Shown in pieces: positions 25,983-38,003 of a stretch of 64,000 nt of DNA; positions within the stretch are counted from its first letter, which is position 1; every line of letters begins with the position of its first letter. The notes beneath the pieces are model-generated. The model was given only the letters and a program-made list of their open reading frames with translations, did not search any database and was not told the origin of the DNA. The DNA is taken from NCBI RefSeq assembly GCF_041956535.1, contig NW_027192219.1, forward strand, positions 134,546 through 198,545, written 5' to 3'. A program made the position numbers and the translations under genes. Source of the DNA: Calcarisporiella thermophila CBS 279.70 (Eukaryota; Fungi; Calcarisporiellomycota).

Positions 25983-27882
25983 ATGACCTTAGACAAGACG
26001 ACCGCATTACCTATTACTGATCCTAGATTAGCTGATCTAAACAGTAAACCTCCGTTAATATAACCGAATTTATATTCAAGGCCTTAAGCAAATATTTTTT
26101 ATTGTTTTAGTCTTCGGTCCCCCAATTATTCATGAGCCTTTTACATATACCTCCAGCTTTAAATATCATTCTCGCCATATTGCAACTCCCACTAAATCCA
26201 CCCCAAAATCATCTGCAATTTCTCCTGCGCAGCAATCTTCTGTTAAATCGCCGCAGAAATTCTATTGTGCATCTTGTAAAAAATCCTTTGCCTCAGAAGC
26301 CACCTATACTTCTCATCTTAGTTCATCGAAACATTTGGCGAATGTTAAAGAGAAATCTCCTGTTAAAAAGGGTACTGCTGCTGCTAGTTGGAAGAAAGGA
26401 GAAGCTGAAACACCCGAAGTTGCTGGTAAATTAGAGTTTTTTTATACAATATGCCAGTCTCGATAAATTCTAATCTTGTTGGTTAGATGCACTGAAAAAG
26501 TTAAAGCAAGCAGATAAAGCTGCTCAGGCGAACGGAGCATCTATGGCTCCAGTATATTGGAATTTGGCAAAATGTAATGGTGTTTGGTTTACCAGGATAA
26601 AGGAATTTACATTTGACTTTTCAGGTTTTTTTTCCTAGTATTGTATGGGTATGGGCGAGTTCAAGACACAAGTCGAGCGCTGTGGAGCTTACTTCAAGTG
26701 TTAAGAAAAATTAAACCAAATGATGAGGGAAATAGTTTAAGTGCTTCGCAACTCTCAGTCACGACCTATTTAGCGCGGTTAGCTTTGGCCAGGCTATACC
26801 TTCCGCTATTTCCTGACGCATCAAAAGATTTGTATATGCTTGCTTTAGAAGAGCGGTGGAATTTGAAAATCCCGAAGCTAAAAGAGTTGGCCAAGGTAAT
26901 CAAATTGGTGAATATGATTAAAGTCAGATCTTGATGCATTTTTTTTCCTCTCTTCTACTCCAGAAAATTAAAGGGTTGTCGCTAAATGAGCTTCTACAAG
27001 TTTGCGACGAAATCAGAGACACATCGGGAATACAATCTCGATCCTCGTCAAAAAGATCGGATCCTAATCTGATAGCACATATTGCATTTTGCGAAGTCGG
27101 ATGTGCATTCGCACAATGCTACGACGGACAAGAAGAGGAAGATTTTTGGAATGATCCAGCAAAAAAAAGAGCAACCGGGAGTGATAAATTTGGGTTGATA
27201 GTCTTAGGAATTGCGGCGATGTGTTGTCGAAATGAAGAGCTGTGAGTGTTAAGAAACATCCAGACCATCTTCTACCATTCATTGAGTCATCTATATTATT
27301 ATCACTATAGAATCGATCATTATACCCAAATTTTATACCGAATTTCTAAAATTTACTCTGTGCTTGGCATGGAATGGTGTTCGAGCGACTGCTTTTTCCA
27401 AGTGGCAAGCGATTTACCAATGGAGAATACTGAAAGATGGTGGTGGATAGCAAAGGCCATTTTATGTTCATTAGTAATGGGTAGAGTTTTGTAATTTGTT
27501 CTTTCTAAAATTAAGTAGCAGATCTGACTACGTTCCGATAGGCGATTTCATCCGAATCCAGGAAATGGAGAAAAAAATTGCAGAGCGAAGAGGTTCTGAA
27601 GAAATACATGATGTTATTGATGTAAGTCCATCTCGTGGTTGCAATGTTTGACTTATATCCATTTCACTAATTCAATTTACAAAGATCCTCTTTCGCATAG
27701 CAAGGGCTGTCAAAACCCATGACTTTCTTTATCTGCGATGCAGAGCAGAGCATGACATGGAGTATCTGACTCTCCTTGTGGATCAGCTATCTCCACCGAC
27801 GTGGGCACGAGGAGATGACGTTTTAAAGAGAACGTGGATGCGAGCACGAGAGAGTATAATAGCAAGAACTAGAAAGTTTTGA
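25983..27882 (+). CDS. Uncharacterised protein: matrin/JAZ-type C2H2 finger plus helical region
   Basis: Spliced frame contains FYCASCKKSFASEATYTSHLSSSKH; downstream exons are helical-looking and bounded by GT-AG introns. Confidence 0.7.
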
Positions 27883-28145
27883 TCCTCATCCTGCTTTTCA
27901 TTAAACTTGAAATGGAAGTCGAATCAGCTGACACTTTGCAACTTAATCCGTTTCATTAAAAGTGGTCGACCCTGTGTCGCACCTTTTTATTTTCCTATTT
28001 TTTTTTTTATTTTCTATTTTCTTTTTTTGTTATTTTTACTTTACTTTCTTTTGGTGATGCAATTCGATTAATGTTGAAGACTTTGCCTGTCTTTAGTCAA
28101 TGTATTTTTTTCTCGCCTCTTCTTTCAATCAAGTAATGAAAAACA

Positions 28146-29095
28146 ATGTCTTCGCGCAAAACTGGACGCGTCAAAGTATTCGATAGATTTCAGAAAGCGA
28201 AGTTCCAGAGTGATTGAATTGCTAATCTTTATATTTCTTCTGGCAGTTTTTTAACTCTCAAAAAGGTTACGGCTTTATCATCCCCGACACCGATGATCCC
28301 AATATGAAAAATGAGGAAGGTAAATACTAAATATTCCTCTATTGCGATTTTGTTTGACTGTAATCCTGAAAACTTGGCTCTTTCAATTGCAGTATTTGTA
28401 CATCACACTGCTATTCATAATGCAGGAGGATTCAAAAGTCTTGCAGAGGTAAGCAAGAAGATTATCGCGTAGAGACATTAGTAATTTATTTTAATGCCGA
28501 TCTCTCTCGATAGAATGAGCCAGTAAGTTTAGGGATACAATGTAAGGTGTTCCTGGTTTGAATACTTATTCTCGTCTGCTATTGAATGACAGGTTGAATT
28601 CGAGCTTATTCGAGGCCCGAAAGGCTACCAAGCAACATATGTAACAGGTCCTAACGGTCAGCCGGTCCAAGGAGATCCAAACGCTGGTCGCCATCAGGCA
28701 GCAGGGTAATTTATATTATATTTACACCCTCCTCCATATCATGATCTTTTCATATGTCTTGTTACAGTGGGTATGTTCCCATGGGTAGCATTGTCTACGG
28801 TGGAGCTTTTGGTCAGCAAGTCGGCTATGGATTCAGCATTGCTCCATTTATGCACCCTTATCCGCAGCAACAAATACCCCCTTACAGCTTTGTCGGAAGT
28901 AACGTTAGTGGAAGTGGAGGTGTGAGTGGCGGCGGCAGCGGCAATGGAAGCAACGGAACAATAGCGACTATGGCCCATGCTCATCAGCAGCAAGCATTTG
29001 TACCATACATGATAGGTGGCTACGCGCAGCATCACGCAGTGGGAGGCCAATACCAACAGCTGTATCCACCTTATGGACAGAGCGGACCATCCTAG
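28146..29095 (+). CDS. Cold-shock-domain protein with G/Y/Q/P-rich tail
   Basis: MSSRKTGRVK|FFNSQKGYGFI..E|VFVHHTAI..GFKSLAE|NEP|VEFEL..GPKGYQATYVTGP. Confidence 0.92.
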
Positions 29096-29539
29096 ATATC
29101 TGTATTTTCTCCCGCTTCTTTCGTTTTTATCATTAACTTTATTATTAAACGGATCAACCTAGTTGCGACCATTCCCTTTCATTCTTATCGATAGATGAGC
29201 TTTATGCTTTTCACTCGTTATTCTTCATCTTTATTGTATAGCTCCTTTTTCTTGGACCAGCGCTGTTGCCTTTCACCACATTTGGTTATATATTATATAT
29301 AATATTATATATACTGTATGCGTGGAGGTTAGGTGGCCTTTCTTTTTTTTTTCTCACGATTATTATTCCCTGCCATTGATATTTCTGCAGAGTTAGGTGT
29401 GTGTACATACAGGCTTTATTTTTTTTTTTTTACTTTAATAAAAGATGCTAAAAAGAAAAATATAATCAAATGTGCCAGGAAATGACTGTAAGTGGTAAAA
29501 TAGCCTTAATAATTTTATCGAAGTAACGACAGTTCCATT

Positions 29540-29944
29540 NNNNNNNNNNNNNNNNNNNNNNNNNNNNNNNNNNNNNNNNNNNNNNNNNNNNNNNNNNNNN
29601 NNNNNNNNNNNNNNNNNNNNNNNNNNNNNNNNNNNNNNNNNNNNNNNNNNNNNNNNNNNNNNNNNNNNNNNNNNNNNNNNNNNNNNNNNNNNNNNNNNNN
29701 NNNNNNNNNNNNNNNNNNNNNNNNNNNNNNNNNNNNNNNNNNNNNNNNNNNNNNNNNNNNNNNNNNNNNNNNNNNNNNNNNNNNNNNNNNNNNNNNNNNN
29801 NNNNNNNNNNNNNNNNNNNNNNNNNNNNNNNNNNNNNNNNNNNNNNNNNNNNNNNNNNNNNNNNNNNNNNNNNNNNNNNNNNNNNNNNNNNNNNNNNNNN
29901 NNNNNNNNNNNNNNNNNNNNNNNNNNNNNNNNNNNNNNNNNNNN
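29540..29944. other. Assembly gap (405 N)
   Basis: Run of N. Confidence 1.
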
Positions 29945-30836
29945 AGCACATTTCTTTATCTAACAATATCTTTATTATTTTATCTTCATTTTCTCATAAC
30001 GGTTGCCTTATTTTTGTGTGATTTTTGTCATATTAGCGCAGAAATTCGCATATCTCTAGGTAAATGAATTGTTGTTGATCGATCGATCACTAAATATTGA
30101 GCAGAGATTCTGTTTTAATAATACTTAAACCCATGATATCTTCGAGCATGCAGCAGCTATGATTTGGAAACCTCAGTAGCGACATGGTTCCAGTATTATT
30201 ATAAAGCAGAGTATACATATTACATTTCGTATTATACAATATCAACACAATATCATGATTGAAAGGAAATTTCGCAGTAAATTGTTCACCTATTATCTTA
30301 ATACATATCATTTGCAATATATAGATATTAAAGCTTTGCATTCTTTTGGGTGTCCAAGTATCCTTAATTACGAAACAAAATTCCTTCTAAAGTTAGTGTC
30401 AAAACTTAAGCCCCTGAAATAGTATGACTATACACAATGTTTTCTCACAGTGCAACATACGATAGTGAAGTATACTGGGTATTGGATGTCTAATTCAACA
30501 ATTTATGACATTATTTTCTCATGACTTATATAATGAAACAGTAGCTACTTCGGCGATATTATTCATTTACTAAGACATTTTATGACAGAAAGCATATAAT
30601 AAACTATGTATAGGTATGGAAATTTGAGACGCTCAATGTAAAGATTGCATCGCAAAATATTGTCATTAATCATGGTGGATGGGAATGAGTAAAGGAACAT
30701 TGAACTAATTGCAAAGAAAAGGAGAAACTTGTAGCGGGTGTATATAGGAAAAAAAAAGGCGGATAGAGAATAATATATATGAGCGTTTAAATATATATTC
30801 CACATGGTGAAATGAAAAAAAAAAGATCAAATTCAT

Positions 30837-31409
30837 TCACTCTTCTAATCTTTCGAATCCGTCGCTTTCCTTTCCCCAACCTCCGGGCACTCTGTACCCA
30901 AACATAAATCTTCCTATACCCACGGTTACAATTCCAACCATATAGATCAAGAACACAAGGCCGATGCCCATGATTAGAACGAAACTGAATGCAGCAGTAG
31001 AGAGCCATTGAGTGGATTTACGAGGGCGTTTAGTCGCTGTATTGTTAGGTTTTGCAAGAATGGGTGAAGGCATAACAGGGACAGGAGCGGCTGGCGCTGA
31101 GGGAGGAATTGTCTGAGACGGAGCTACAGGATTAGGGGAGACAGGGGCTGACGGGGCGGGAGTGGGTGTTGCATCTCCAATTGAAGAAGATGGAGTTGCA
31201 GTTGGAGAGCTCGGTTGAGGGGAGCTAGATGGAGGTACCACAGATGATTCAGCAGAAGCGGATGAAGCGGCGCTTTCGGGTGGTGGCTCTTGACGTACAA
31301 CTAGGATATCTCGTTTCTCTGCATCAACTAATAATTTAGACGGCACTGCTGAGGCGAGGTGGATGAGAATGAAGAAACAGATGAATATGCTAAGGCTATG
31401 GAAATTCAT
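30837..31409 (-). CDS. Type I membrane protein with Ser/Pro-rich ectodomain
   Basis: Signal peptide, KR site, S/P/A-rich stalk, long hydrophobic segment and short tail. Confidence 0.8.
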   Translation of the reverse strand: MNFHSLSIFICFFILIHLASAVPSKLLVDAEKRDILVVRQEPPPESAASSASAESSVVPPSSSPQPSSPTATPSSSIGDATPTPAPSAPVSPNPVAPSQTIPPSAPAAPVPVMPSPILAKPNNTATKRPRKSTQWLSTAAFSFVLIMGIGLVFLIYMVGIVTVGIGRFMFGYRVPGGWGKESDGFERLEE

Positions 31410-31720
31410 AATTTTATGTCTCTATGTACTAAAGGGTGATCTGTTTGTACTATTTAAAAGCGATGCAGTATAGAAAGTTCCTCATCTATATTTTATGTTT
31501 CAAAAATGGACGATTCATGGGTGGATTTGTTGAACGGCTGTAGGGAAAAAATTGATGACGTTGACCTAAATTTATAAATAGAATATTATTTAGCCGCCCC
31601 CAATCAAATGCTAAACTGCCAATTGAACTACGAAAAAAATGGCCTTATTCAAATACGAGTATTTATTTAACTATGTACATTGACCAATCTATGTTTTCTA
31701 TTAATTTTTCCTAAAGGTTA

Positions 31721-33091
31721 TCAATTCTTGTAGTTTGACAAAAATTCATCCCTAAAGCTCCCTTGGGTCGGCAAGACAATAAAGCTTGGCACTCCATTTT
31801 TGACGACATATTTTGGGTGAGCTAACACTTGCTCCAATCGACACCCTCGTCCTACTTTAACCAACCGCGCATTCAAGCCTTGATTATTCTCAAAATAAAT
31901 CTCTACGCCCTTCGGTGTATAGCGTCCCTCCGAATCCCATGGAGCATTGTTTTCGAACATCACTTCAAGCTGCTCAGCAAAAGTGGACGTTTCAGGGAAA
32001 GCCTGGATGAAATCAGATTCTTTGAATTCAGGATAGAGAAAGAAAACAGGCCATATTAGTTCGTTCGTTGAAGGATCAATATGTACGCGGTGCGGATTAT
32101 CTGTGGGATCTACTTTATTATCATACTCCATTTTGATATGGCGATCCTGCATAAAAAGAAAAATACATGAGTTCCGCAGCTAAAGCAACACACAAATATT
32201 TAAGAAACATGTACTTCAATCGCTTTTGATAATGCTGCTTCCTCTGCCTCGCGTTTGCGTTGGCGCATTTCAATTTCCTTCCTTTTGCGCTCAATCTCCT
32301 CTTGACGCTTTTTAGCTTGAGTTAATAATACTCTTAGCGACTTATTCTCAGGATCAATCTATTCAAGTAAAAAATAGAGTTAGAATGAGCTAATTATATA
32401 TTTGAGAGAAAGGTTTATAGGATACCTTCAGCCCGCGTTCACAGCAATCTATTGATTCCACTAAAACATCTAAAGCTAGTAGTGCTCTTGCTGATCGATA
32501 AAAGGCTTTGACATTCGCCGGATTAATTTTTAGAGCTTGAGCACAGTCATTAATAGTTTTTCTGTAGTTTTCTAACAAAGAGTAAACGGGGAAGTTGAAT
32601 CAAGATATGATACGAGAAATTTTTTCTTCATTTCAAAGCACAAAAAAAAACATCAAACAATACGTACGAAGCTCCAAATTGGCCGCCGCACGATTCACAT
32701 ATAGCTGTTCATTGAGAGCAGAATCGCTGCATTTTGCTTCAAGACCTTGAGTATAGTGTTTAATTGCATCTTGGAACTGCCGTGTTTTGAAGCAGTCGTT
32801 GCCCTGGTTTTTGAAATTCTCTGCGATCTCTGTAGTGAGAGGCATTCAATACAGGGGATTTACAAGCAATTATATGAGCAACTTGCATAGAAATGAAGAA
32901 TAGTAGTGCCTCCTACCTTCGGGTGTACCATCATATACTAATGATTGAAGTGCCATTAAAGAATCATTTTCCTCAGCATCTTGCGGCATGCTTGACATGA
33001 AAAGTGGAATCTTATTCATTTCTTCAAGAAATGAATCCCCACTAAGAGCCCATTCTGGGCGCTGGAAATCAGGGCCTTGTGGTGCTGACAT
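31721..33091 (-). CDS. CNS1: TPR co-chaperone Cns1/TTC4
   Basis: MNKIPLFM..LMALQSLVYDGTP, AENFKNQGN, NRAAANLEL, wheel domain WPVFFLYPEFKESDFI. Confidence 0.93.
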
Positions 33092-33421
33092 GGGTGGTAT
33101 CGAGATTACAAAGTTTTGGCCTCGATCGAGATAATATAAAATAAACAGTAGAGAGATAAAATTGGGATACTTGTGATATTTGAAATGATGAATTTCCAAT
33201 CTTTTGTCTTGTTTTGCATTTTTTTCTTTGGTACTTGTTAGCTGAGCCCGCGTTCCATCCTAACCATTAGAATCTGCCCAGCTCTCCTTCAGCTGAGAGA
33301 GAAAATCTTCCAGCTGAGAAATTCCGCTCGTCATATCTTTTTCTTGTTACGAGTTAGTTCAAGTGATTTCGTTCAATTTTCGATCTTGAAATAAAAACGC
33401 GAGATAAAATACACTTTCGTA

Positions 33422-34755
33422 ATGACAACCACCACCAACGCTCGCGTTATTCCTCTAACTTGTTCCGGCCACACGAGACCTGTTGTTGACCTGCAATTCT
33501 CTCCTGTACTTTCTGATGGATCATTTTATCTAATAAGTGCTTGTAAAGGTACGCCAATCAACAATCGGGGATTGAAAGCCATTTATTTGCAATATTCATT
33601 AATGACCATTACTAGATGGAAATCCTATGCTTCGCGATGGGAAAACCGGCGACTGGATTGGTACCTTCCAGGGCCATAAAGGTGCAGTCTGGAGCGCACG
33701 GCTTTCAAAAGATGCCTCGAAAGCTGTTACTGCATCGGCCGATTTTAGCGTGTATGTGAAGATCCTATTTGGGTTCTGGGATAACTATTAATATATTGTG
33801 GCTCTCCAAATAGAAAGGTCTGGGACGCCAAAACTGGTTCTGAATTGCATTCTTTTGTCCATAATCACATTGCACGCGCCGCCGAATTCTCTTTCGATGG
33901 AATGCGAATAGTGACGGGTGGGCTGGAGAAGCGCTTACGTATATATGACTTAATGAGACCAGATGCGCCAATGGAGATTGAAGCTGCACATGGGGCAGCA
34001 ATAAAGTCTGTGGCATGGGAAGACCAACGAGGAGTTGTACTGAGCGCCGGAGATGAAAAGGAGATTAAGTAAGGAGTATTTGCTGACATTTGGATTTGAC
34101 TAGCTTTGGTAACCGATATATTATTAAGGGTATGGGATATACGAACGCTTAAGCAAGTGACAAGTCTCCAAGCTGAAGGACCTATTACAAGTATGAACCT
34201 CAGTGCGGATGGCACACATATTACATCAACCTCTGGAAAGCGAGCAGATTTCTGGGATGCATCCAAGTGAGTTCGTGCTCTAATTTTTCCACATGGTATA
34301 AAAGATTAACCACTCACTTTTATTTAAAGTTTCCAATTATTCAAATCTTATGATCTCCAGCACGATGTTAGCTCCATTTCATTGCACCCCGACCGAAGTC
34401 GCTTTGTAGCGGGGAGTGGCACTGATTTGTGGGTTAGGATTTATAGCTTTGAAGATGGAAGGGAGATGGGTAGGAATTCTTTTTTATTTCTCGCAGACAT
34501 TGTAGTCATCTGGCTTACATTTTCTACATCATGCTTCCAGAGGTTTACAAGGGTCACCACGGTCCTATTCACGCTGTAAGCTATAGTCCTGATGGCGAAC
34601 TCTATGCCACTGGATCTGAAGATGGAACTATCAGATTATGGCAAACAACTCCCGGGAAAAGCTATGGATTGTGGCAAACGAAAAACGCAATCGGAAATGC
34701 AGCAAGGGAGCAAGAGCATGAAATAGGCGATTCTGGAGTAATAAGAGAGATTTAA
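33422..34755 (+). CDS. STRAP: STRAP/UNRIP WD40 protein
   Basis: [20 protein letters not shown]|[54 protein letters not shown]. Confidence 0.95.
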
Positions 34756-35125
34756 ATATGAGAAAAAAAATATCAAAAGAAATGCTCAAATTCATATATT
34801 TCAATAAATTTTTTTTTCTCGTTTCATGCTGCAATATAATGTATATGTTGCAATCTCGAACTTTTTGAAATACATGCTATTAGATGGTCCTGATATGATT
34901 GTAATAATTTATACTTGTATATATCTTAGTATAATGCGTCTAACTTCGTGGGCTAAGCACGCAAACACAAACAAATGGGAGAGTCTTGCTTATATCGATT
35001 TAAGAAAAAAGAGTACAGAGAAATATAAGGGGGCGTTCTGGCATATGTTTGCAAATAAGAATTATATAAGTTTTGGCATGAGCAATAGGTACTTAATGCT
35101 CTTGCCAAAAGTTACAATATATTCT

Positions 35126-37842
35126 TCAAATCCCATTTTGTACCCTAAACTCATCCCATGCTTCGTTCAGTGCACTAAATACTCCGTTGGCGATCAGCTT
35201 TTGTTCCACAGTTAGCCCAGGTCCCATCTAATAGTGTATTACAAATGTTATTAGAGAAGCATAAAATATTGTTTTTCAGAAAATTGATAACGCACTTTGT
35301 CCGGATGCACTTTGCTAATTGCACGTATATACCGAGATTTTACCTGTGCAGGTGTGACCAACTCACTCATAGGCACTGGGCGCCATTGTAATTCCTCCCA
35401 CAAGACAGTTTCCAAGCTTGCAATTAGAGCTCTCAAGTTTTTTTCTTTACTTGCACGCCACTGAACTATTCGAGCGTCAACAATATCCTTGCATTGCAGT
35501 TTTTCAACATCTTCTTGTTCCTGACGAGCATTGTGTGCACGCAGGCGAGAGACTGCAGCATCGCTTGCAATCTGACCCGCACGCTTGGCTGCAGCAGAGG
35601 GTTGAGGAGTGCGCGTAATGGGGGGTTTTGGGGCTGCAGGGGCTGGAGAGTCAATGAATTCTGCAAACGGGTTGTTTTCAAGGTTTGGTACGCTTGAAGA
35701 TGGGGTGGAAGCCTCCGGAACTCCTTTTAGTGCTCTCCTACAGCGTGACATTCCCTCATTGACACTTTTATTTCGTGGATCCAGCACAATAAGTCGTTCG
35801 TAGTCACTAAGGGCGTCTTCATATCGCTCCATATTTTCGTAGGCAGTCGCACGTCGTAACAGCGCTTTCTTCCCATGATCCATGAAATGTACTCCTTCGT
35901 ATAGCTCTGTAGAATTAATATCTTGCCCAATGATCTCTAGGGCTAATGAGCAATCGTCAACACATCCTCTATTATCTCCTGTTTTCAATTTCGCAGCAGC
36001 TCGATTATTGTACAGTGGCACAAGTTGGACATGCTTGGCAGGAAGACTTGCAATTGCAAGTGCATAAGATTGCTCTGCCTCTCCAAACTGTCCAATCTTA
36101 AATAGCTCATTTCCACGAACACGATGACCATCAGCGGTGCTCAGTTGACTTGGATCACATGGAATAGGTACACGAGGTGGGCGACGTGGGCGTTCAGAAA
36201 CTAATGGGGTAGAGCGCCCCGACGTCGGAGCAGATGATGCAACTTGGCGCCGACGGGCAGGAGAAATATAACTCTCTTTTTCTTCGAATATGTTAAGTCG
36301 CGTAGCAGATGAAGTACGGTTCTCAGCTGTTAGTTTCGATTTAGAAGAATGGTTTGAAGATGTAAGATTTGCTGGGGATTTACGTGATTCAGGTATTTCG
36401 TCTTCAGAAGAACTGTCACGATATGGTACATAATCGCCGGTTTCTGCTCTATTCTGAAGCTCATCTCTGTAGCTTCCACCATTATATCTCTCCTCTGTCT
36501 CTTGCATCCAGCGTGGATAGCCTTTCCGTGTCCCCTTTTGCAACTGCTGTTGTTGTAGCTCTTCAATAGACTTCTTTACTTTGTCAGCGGATTGTTTCAT
36601 CATTGTTTGAGCTCGGTTGAACATGCTTATACCGAACTCACTGGCTTGTGCGGCAAGGCGCTCTCTTTGCTGCCAGAGGCCGGATATAGATGTGGTGGAA
36701 TATGTGCCAGCCTCATTTAACTCATTATAGTGCGTGGATGCAGAGAATTGTGAGTTGAGTTCCTCACCGCTATTCTGCAATGTTGTCATACGTGGGCTCT
36801 TCCAAGACGAATTTTGTTGCTGTCTTTCATTTTTCTGCATAGTACTTGTAACTAGTTCAGCCTCCTTATTTTGAATTAACATATCGATTGCTACTTCAAC
36901 ATCTCTCCCGTTTTTCGTCGCAGCTAAGGCAGTTTGTGCCTGAGTAGCAGTGAATCCCATTTCTACTATACGTGCGATCAGCTCATCCATACCGGTATCC
37001 TCAGGTGTGACAGTTGGTGGCGAAGAAGCTGGAGTCGTTCTTGGTTGCTGGAATTTAGAAGCCGGTTCGGCCAAAAGTCCCAAAGGATTGGCATCTGAAT
37101 CATCGGGGATTGTTGAAGAATTGGTTGAGGAAGTGGAAAATGGAGTAGGATTAGACACTTTTTCAAAAGCGCTTAAATCGAATGGATCATCTGATTCCGC
37201 CGGAGGGATAGTTGAATTTGACTAAAACAGAAGCCGCCGCGTTAACCAAATTAAATCAAGAAGTACTGAAAATGCCAAAATTACTTGATTGAATGAAGGA
37301 GATATCCGATTGCTTAATAAAGATGGCTTGGCTAACAAATCAAGATCCCAGGGATCAGAGGCCGGTCCAGTCATGCTCTCCGTATTTACAGAGGCTACGC
37401 CAGGCTGGGGCGTTTGTGCACGTCTAGACAAGCAGATGTGAAATTTAAAAATGAGTTGAAACTTAATGTAATAAAAATTCCCGCAATGATAAGAGTTTTA
37501 ACATAAAATGATATCTTACAGTTGGTTAAGGGATTGCGATTGGGAGGGTGTTGGAGCCCTTCGGAAATGTGGTTGATCTGCTAAGAGGCTCCCAAATATA
37601 TCGTCATTGGCTGAAGTACGTGTGGGGCCAACAGCAGGTGAGGAGGCTGTTGATGACATGGCTGCTGGCTGGTGGGTCTGAGTGGGCTTTAGCGAAGCAC
37701 TAGATCCTCTGGAGGATGGTGTTGAGGAACGCATTTGATTATGATCGGTAGGGGCGGAAAGTTTTGTAGAAGCGGGATGGTGTCGAGGAGGCTTGGGCAC
37801 AGATATGTTGGAGCTCCATGAGAGACCTTGCAAATCATCCAT
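35126..37842 (-). CDS. SWA2: Auxilin-like clathrin-uncoating factor (UBA-TPR-J domain), Swa2-like
   Basis: UBA (IVEMGF), three TPRs, J-domain KVHPDK|..FSALNEAWDEF; DPF, DPW and NPF motifs. Confidence 0.9.
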
Positions 37843-38003
37843 GAGTAATCTTTTCAAGGCGAACTTAAGTATGTAATTTCTATGAGGACAAGGCTTGATA
37901 GAAAAATCGAATTTATTAAAGATATTAAAGTATTGGCGCAGCCACTATGTTATAAAGCGGTCAGAGGATTTTCAAAGATTAATTGTAGATTAGAAAAAAA
38001 AAC

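Noticed and set aside
26132-26434. Listed 100-aa Leu-rich ORF
   Set aside because: Wrong frame; the spliced frame encodes the C2H2 finger.
29466-29966. ORFs spanning the N run
   Set aside because: Artefacts of the assembly gap.
32359-32425. U12-type intron in CNS1 (donor GTATCCTA)
   Set aside because: The branch region TTCTAAC with a pyrimidine tract looks U2-type, and the donor departs from GTATCCTT. At most a converted intron.
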